This document shows, piece after piece, positions 60,308-64,000 of a stretch of DNA of 64,000 bases. The notes under the pieces were generated by a model. It saw only the letters and a list, made by a program, of their open reading frames with translations. It was not told where the DNA came from and ran no database searches. The stretch comes from Azolla caroliniana (Eukaryota > Plantae > Polypodiophyta). The DNA lies in the NCBI GenBank assembly GCA_043228905.1, contig JBHGNT010000020.1, positions 124,001-188,000 on the forward strand, given 5' to 3'. A program made the position numbers and the translations under genes. Numbering within the stretch: the stretch's first letter is position 1; the number at the start of each line of letters is the position of its first letter.

Positions 60308-62235
60308 TGTTGAGGAAGCAAGCTCAACCGGATCTAGATCGGCTGGATAACTAGAGCCAGAATCCAGAACCAGGAGCCGGATCGGGATCGGGTAGCCTGA
60401 TCGGAGAGGCGGACCCATGTGTGTACCGGTAGGCCATTTAGAGCTCTACGCTTCTAGAATACTAGGTAGTCATGGTCCTCGTAGTTAGTGTCAGCCGCGC
60501 ATATGAGCATTGAAACCCATAGTACTTCTATCAGTCCCTTGTGGACTTGTATAAAGAGTGCTCACTAAGCACATCCTATGTACAGAGTGTTATTATTTTG
60601 AATTGAGTTTATGCTTTCTGCTCTCTCTGTCTCTCCTATGTATTCTCTGTTCTTAAGCGTCCATTAAACCTTCATTCTCTGTCTTATGTTGCTATCCGGA
60701 TAAATCAGTTTGTCAAAGGTTCCGCATATTAACTTTGACATGGTATTAGAGCGCGATGGTTGAGAACCTCCGCAACCGACGAGCAATAACTGAAGATAAA
60801 CCCTAGCACCTGGTAAAGAACGAAAGATGGATAGAGGTATGACAGACTCGCTTCTGACAGAGAAACTTGATAGGCACAACTATGCATCCTGGTCATACAA
60901 GATGCACCGGTATCTACTCGGACATGGATATTGGAGTTATGTTGAGGGTGTGAATGAAATAGCGTTGGAGTCGTCACAAAAGGAGTTCTCGGCTTGAGAA
61001 CAAGGAGGAAGCAGAGTTCTATAGTGCTTTGTGTCCTCCGTGCACAATCAGATGATTGGCTACATTAGAGATGCTAAGACGCCAAAATAGGCCTAGGAAA
61101 ATCTGAAAAAGATTTTCGCCGCAAGTACCTCAGCCCGCAAGCTACAATGTCGGCAAGAACTGAACAATATTCGACAAAAGGATATGTCAGTTTTAGACTA
61201 CACTGCGAAGATAAAGGAGATTTGCAACACATTAGGGTCCATTGACATCACGATAGACGAGGATGAAATGGTGCAAATTTGCCTCGGTGGTCTAGCTCAA
61301 AGGTATGGGCCCATCTGAACCGCTATCCTCACGTGGGAGAAACCACCATCCTTTGACTTACAATCAATGCTCATGGTCGAAGAAAACCATGCGAGTGGGT
61401 CAAGGACCACTCAATCAGACAACCGGATGTTTTACATGGAGGTAGATCAGCCCCGTGGGTGTGGAGGACGAGGTGGATCGACACACAATGCAGGCGGCCG
61501 ACAAGAGTAGAACCGAAGGCACAGAGATAGTGCCGACAACAGCTTCGGAACCTCCACTAGTAGGGGGAGTCAAGGCGGCGCCGGAAACCGGTAAGGGAAA
61601 ACCGACACGGAATGTTGGTAATGTGGCAAGAAAGGCCATTGGGAAAGCGAGTGTTGAAAGAAGTGCGTCGATTCCGATAAATCCAGATCCGGGAAGGCCG
61701 GACAAGGGAACCGGTAAGACCGAAAAAGGGCCAACCTTTGTGATGAAGCACAACGTGAACTCGATGAAGAAGATCACTTCCAAATTGGAGGAAGTGTGGT
61801 ATGTTTACTCTAGAGTGTTTAACCACATGACGAGCCATGAAGAGTGGTTCTCATTTCTGGAAAAGCCGGAGCAACTAGGAGTTGTCGAAACCGGAGACGA
61901 CAGTCCTCACCTGATTGTGCATGTCGGAGAAGTCCCTTTAAGCCATATCTGACAAAAGGGAAAGTTGATGAACATATTGCAGGTTCCGACAATCACAACG
62001 AACCTGGTGTTGGTCGGGTATATCGTTGACCATGGGATGCAGGTGCGATTCACGCACCTCAGGTGCTTCATAGAGGAAGAAGGCCAGATAATCACGCAAG
62101 GGTGCAGGGATGGGAGGATGTTCATCCTCGACACCAATGGCGTCAGCACCACTATGTTCGAAAAAGGACAAAAGATCGAATCAGACATCGATCTCTGGCA
62201 CAAGTGGATCGGTCACGTTAACTACCGGAGGCTTC
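60308..62235 (+). mobile_element. Copia 5' half (LTR 60308-60740, PBS, gag, PR), truncated
   Basis: PBS tggtattagagc 60741-60752; gag EKLDRHNYASW; ends at LWHKWIGHVNYRRL. Confidence 0.9.
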
Positions 62236-64000
62236 ATTTTGGCTCCAATTTCTTTCATTGGGGAACAAAAGTCGGTGATGCTTCCCTAACTGATAGGCTT
62301 TGCAGACTTGGTCCTTTTGGCCACTGAATTTCGGTAAGCCGAAAACAATGTTTTTCGTCTGCATCTCTCGAAGCCATGGGAAATTGACGTGGCCGAATCG
62401 CTTGTGCCACAAGTCGATACTCGATTCGACTTTCTAGCCTTTTGTAAACATAGTGGTGCCTACGTCATTGATCTCGAGGATGAACATTCTCCCTTCTCGG
62501 TGCCCTTGCGTGATTATCTTGCCTTCTTCTTCGATGAAGCACTCGAGATGAGTAAATCGAACTTCCATGCCTTGATTTACAATCTGTCCGATCGACACCA
62601 AGTTCTTGGTGATTGTGGGCACATGCTAGACATTTCTCATGATTCCCTTCTAGCCGACATGGTTGAGATATGTGTTCAATGGAGTGAGGGGTGTCAGCAC
62701 CAGTTTCGACGACCCCCGGCTGGTCAAGCTTTTCCACAGTCAAGAACCACTCCTTGTGATTCGTCATGTGGTTCGACACACCCAAATCCACATACCACAC
62801 CTCGTTCAACCTTAAGGTGTTCACCGTCATTGAGTTGGCTTTGTGCTCCATCAGGAAGGCTAGGCCCGTTTTAGCTCATCCTGAGCCTTCGGCGTAGTGC
62901 GATCTCTGATGCCTATACGCCTCCTCGGTTCGATCCGGCCTTGTCCGGATCGGCTCATTTTTTCCAGCACTCACTTTGTTTGTGGCCCTTCCATTCACAG
63001 TACCAACAGTCCATCACAACCTTTCCTTGCCGTCCTTTGCCACCGTCTAGACTCCCCCTACCCATGGAGGGTTCACAACTATTGTCGGCATTTCAATTAT
63101 GGCTTGAGTTGTGCTCCTGTCGGCCACCTCCATTGCGCCTGACCCGCCTTGACCACCACGACCATGAGGCCGATCCGCCTCCGTGTACAACATCTTGTTC
63201 TCGGTGTGCGTACTCGTCAATGCACTTGAATGGTTTCCTTCTACGAGCAACATTGATGAAGGCATATTCTCCCTCGTGTAGACCACCATTTGGAATGCTC
63301 CAAACTTCGATGCCAACCCTCCGAAGCAAACCTGCACCATTTCATTCTCCTTGACGTTCACGTTCACAAAGGCGAGGGAGTTGCAAATCTCCTTGATCTT
63401 GGAAGTGTAGTCAGCCACCGATATGTTTATCTGTCGGACATTGCTCAACTCCTGTCTGAGTTGAAGCTTTCTGGCTGTGGTTCTTGCTGCGGAAATCTTT
63501 TTCAGATTTCCCCAAGCATCCTTCGGCGTTCTGGCATCCCGAATGTAGCTCAAGAGCTGATCGCTCACACAAGATACAAAGCAGTGGAGAACTTTGCTTG
63601 CCGCCTGTTCCCAGGCTAGGAAATCTCTGTGTCAATTGGGGTGTTGCATCATTAGCTTCTTTGACATAACTCTAGTAACCGTGCCCGAGCAGATACTGGT
63701 GCATCTTGTACGCCGAAGATGCATAGTTTCTCCTATCGAGCTTTTCAGTTGAAAGTAAGTTTTCCATTCCTCTGTCCATGTTCCTGACTTTTCTTTTTCG
63801 AAAATGAGAAAACTTGTCTCTGTCTTGTTCATTTGCTTTTCTGTTGGCTGCAGAGGATATTCAACCCTCGCGCTCTAATACCATGTAAAAGAATACCTGT
63901 GCGGAAGCGTGTGTGATAGACACCGAGTACACAGTCAGTTTGAGAAACTAGATAGTTAGGTAAACACAGATAATGGTGAGAGAAAGAAAGAAAGAAAGAT
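62236..64000 (-). mobile_element. Copia 5' half on the minus strand (close relative of 1-2250); LTR starts at 63884 and runs off the window
   Basis: PBS rc of gctctaatacca 63872-63883; gag 63047-63568; WYVDLGVSNHMT; GKHHRLLFP. Confidence 0.9.

Overview
Gene-free, repeat-saturated eukaryotic region made almost entirely of nested transposable elements. The element types (Tcn1-like chromovirus, tRNA-Trp-primed Gypsy, Copia with iMet PBS) suggest a non-seed land plant, but that is inference. It holds about eight Ty1/copia copies or fragments, several Ty3/gypsy copies (one apparently intact chromovirus at 22242-27978), solo and truncated LTRs, and two 5'-truncated LINE tails inside LTRs. It also holds a large decayed DNA transposon (about 15690-31343) with a spliced DDE-type (Sola2-like) transposase and palindromic TAGCTAATTAGCTA arrays. 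The most unusual observations are three. (1) A very young 2.57-kb LTR element (16023-18596) has no gag/pol, only an intact coiled-coil ORF and a split, tRNA-Arg-like primer site on the opposite strand. (2) tRNA-like Pol III A/B-box cassettes lie antisense in the U3 of LTRs from two unrelated Gypsy lineages. (3) The spliced Sola2-like transposon has a convergent FCP1/NIF-like passenger gene remnant. No host protein-coding gene, true tRNA/rRNA gene or CRISPR array was found. All calls were made by eye, without database searches.
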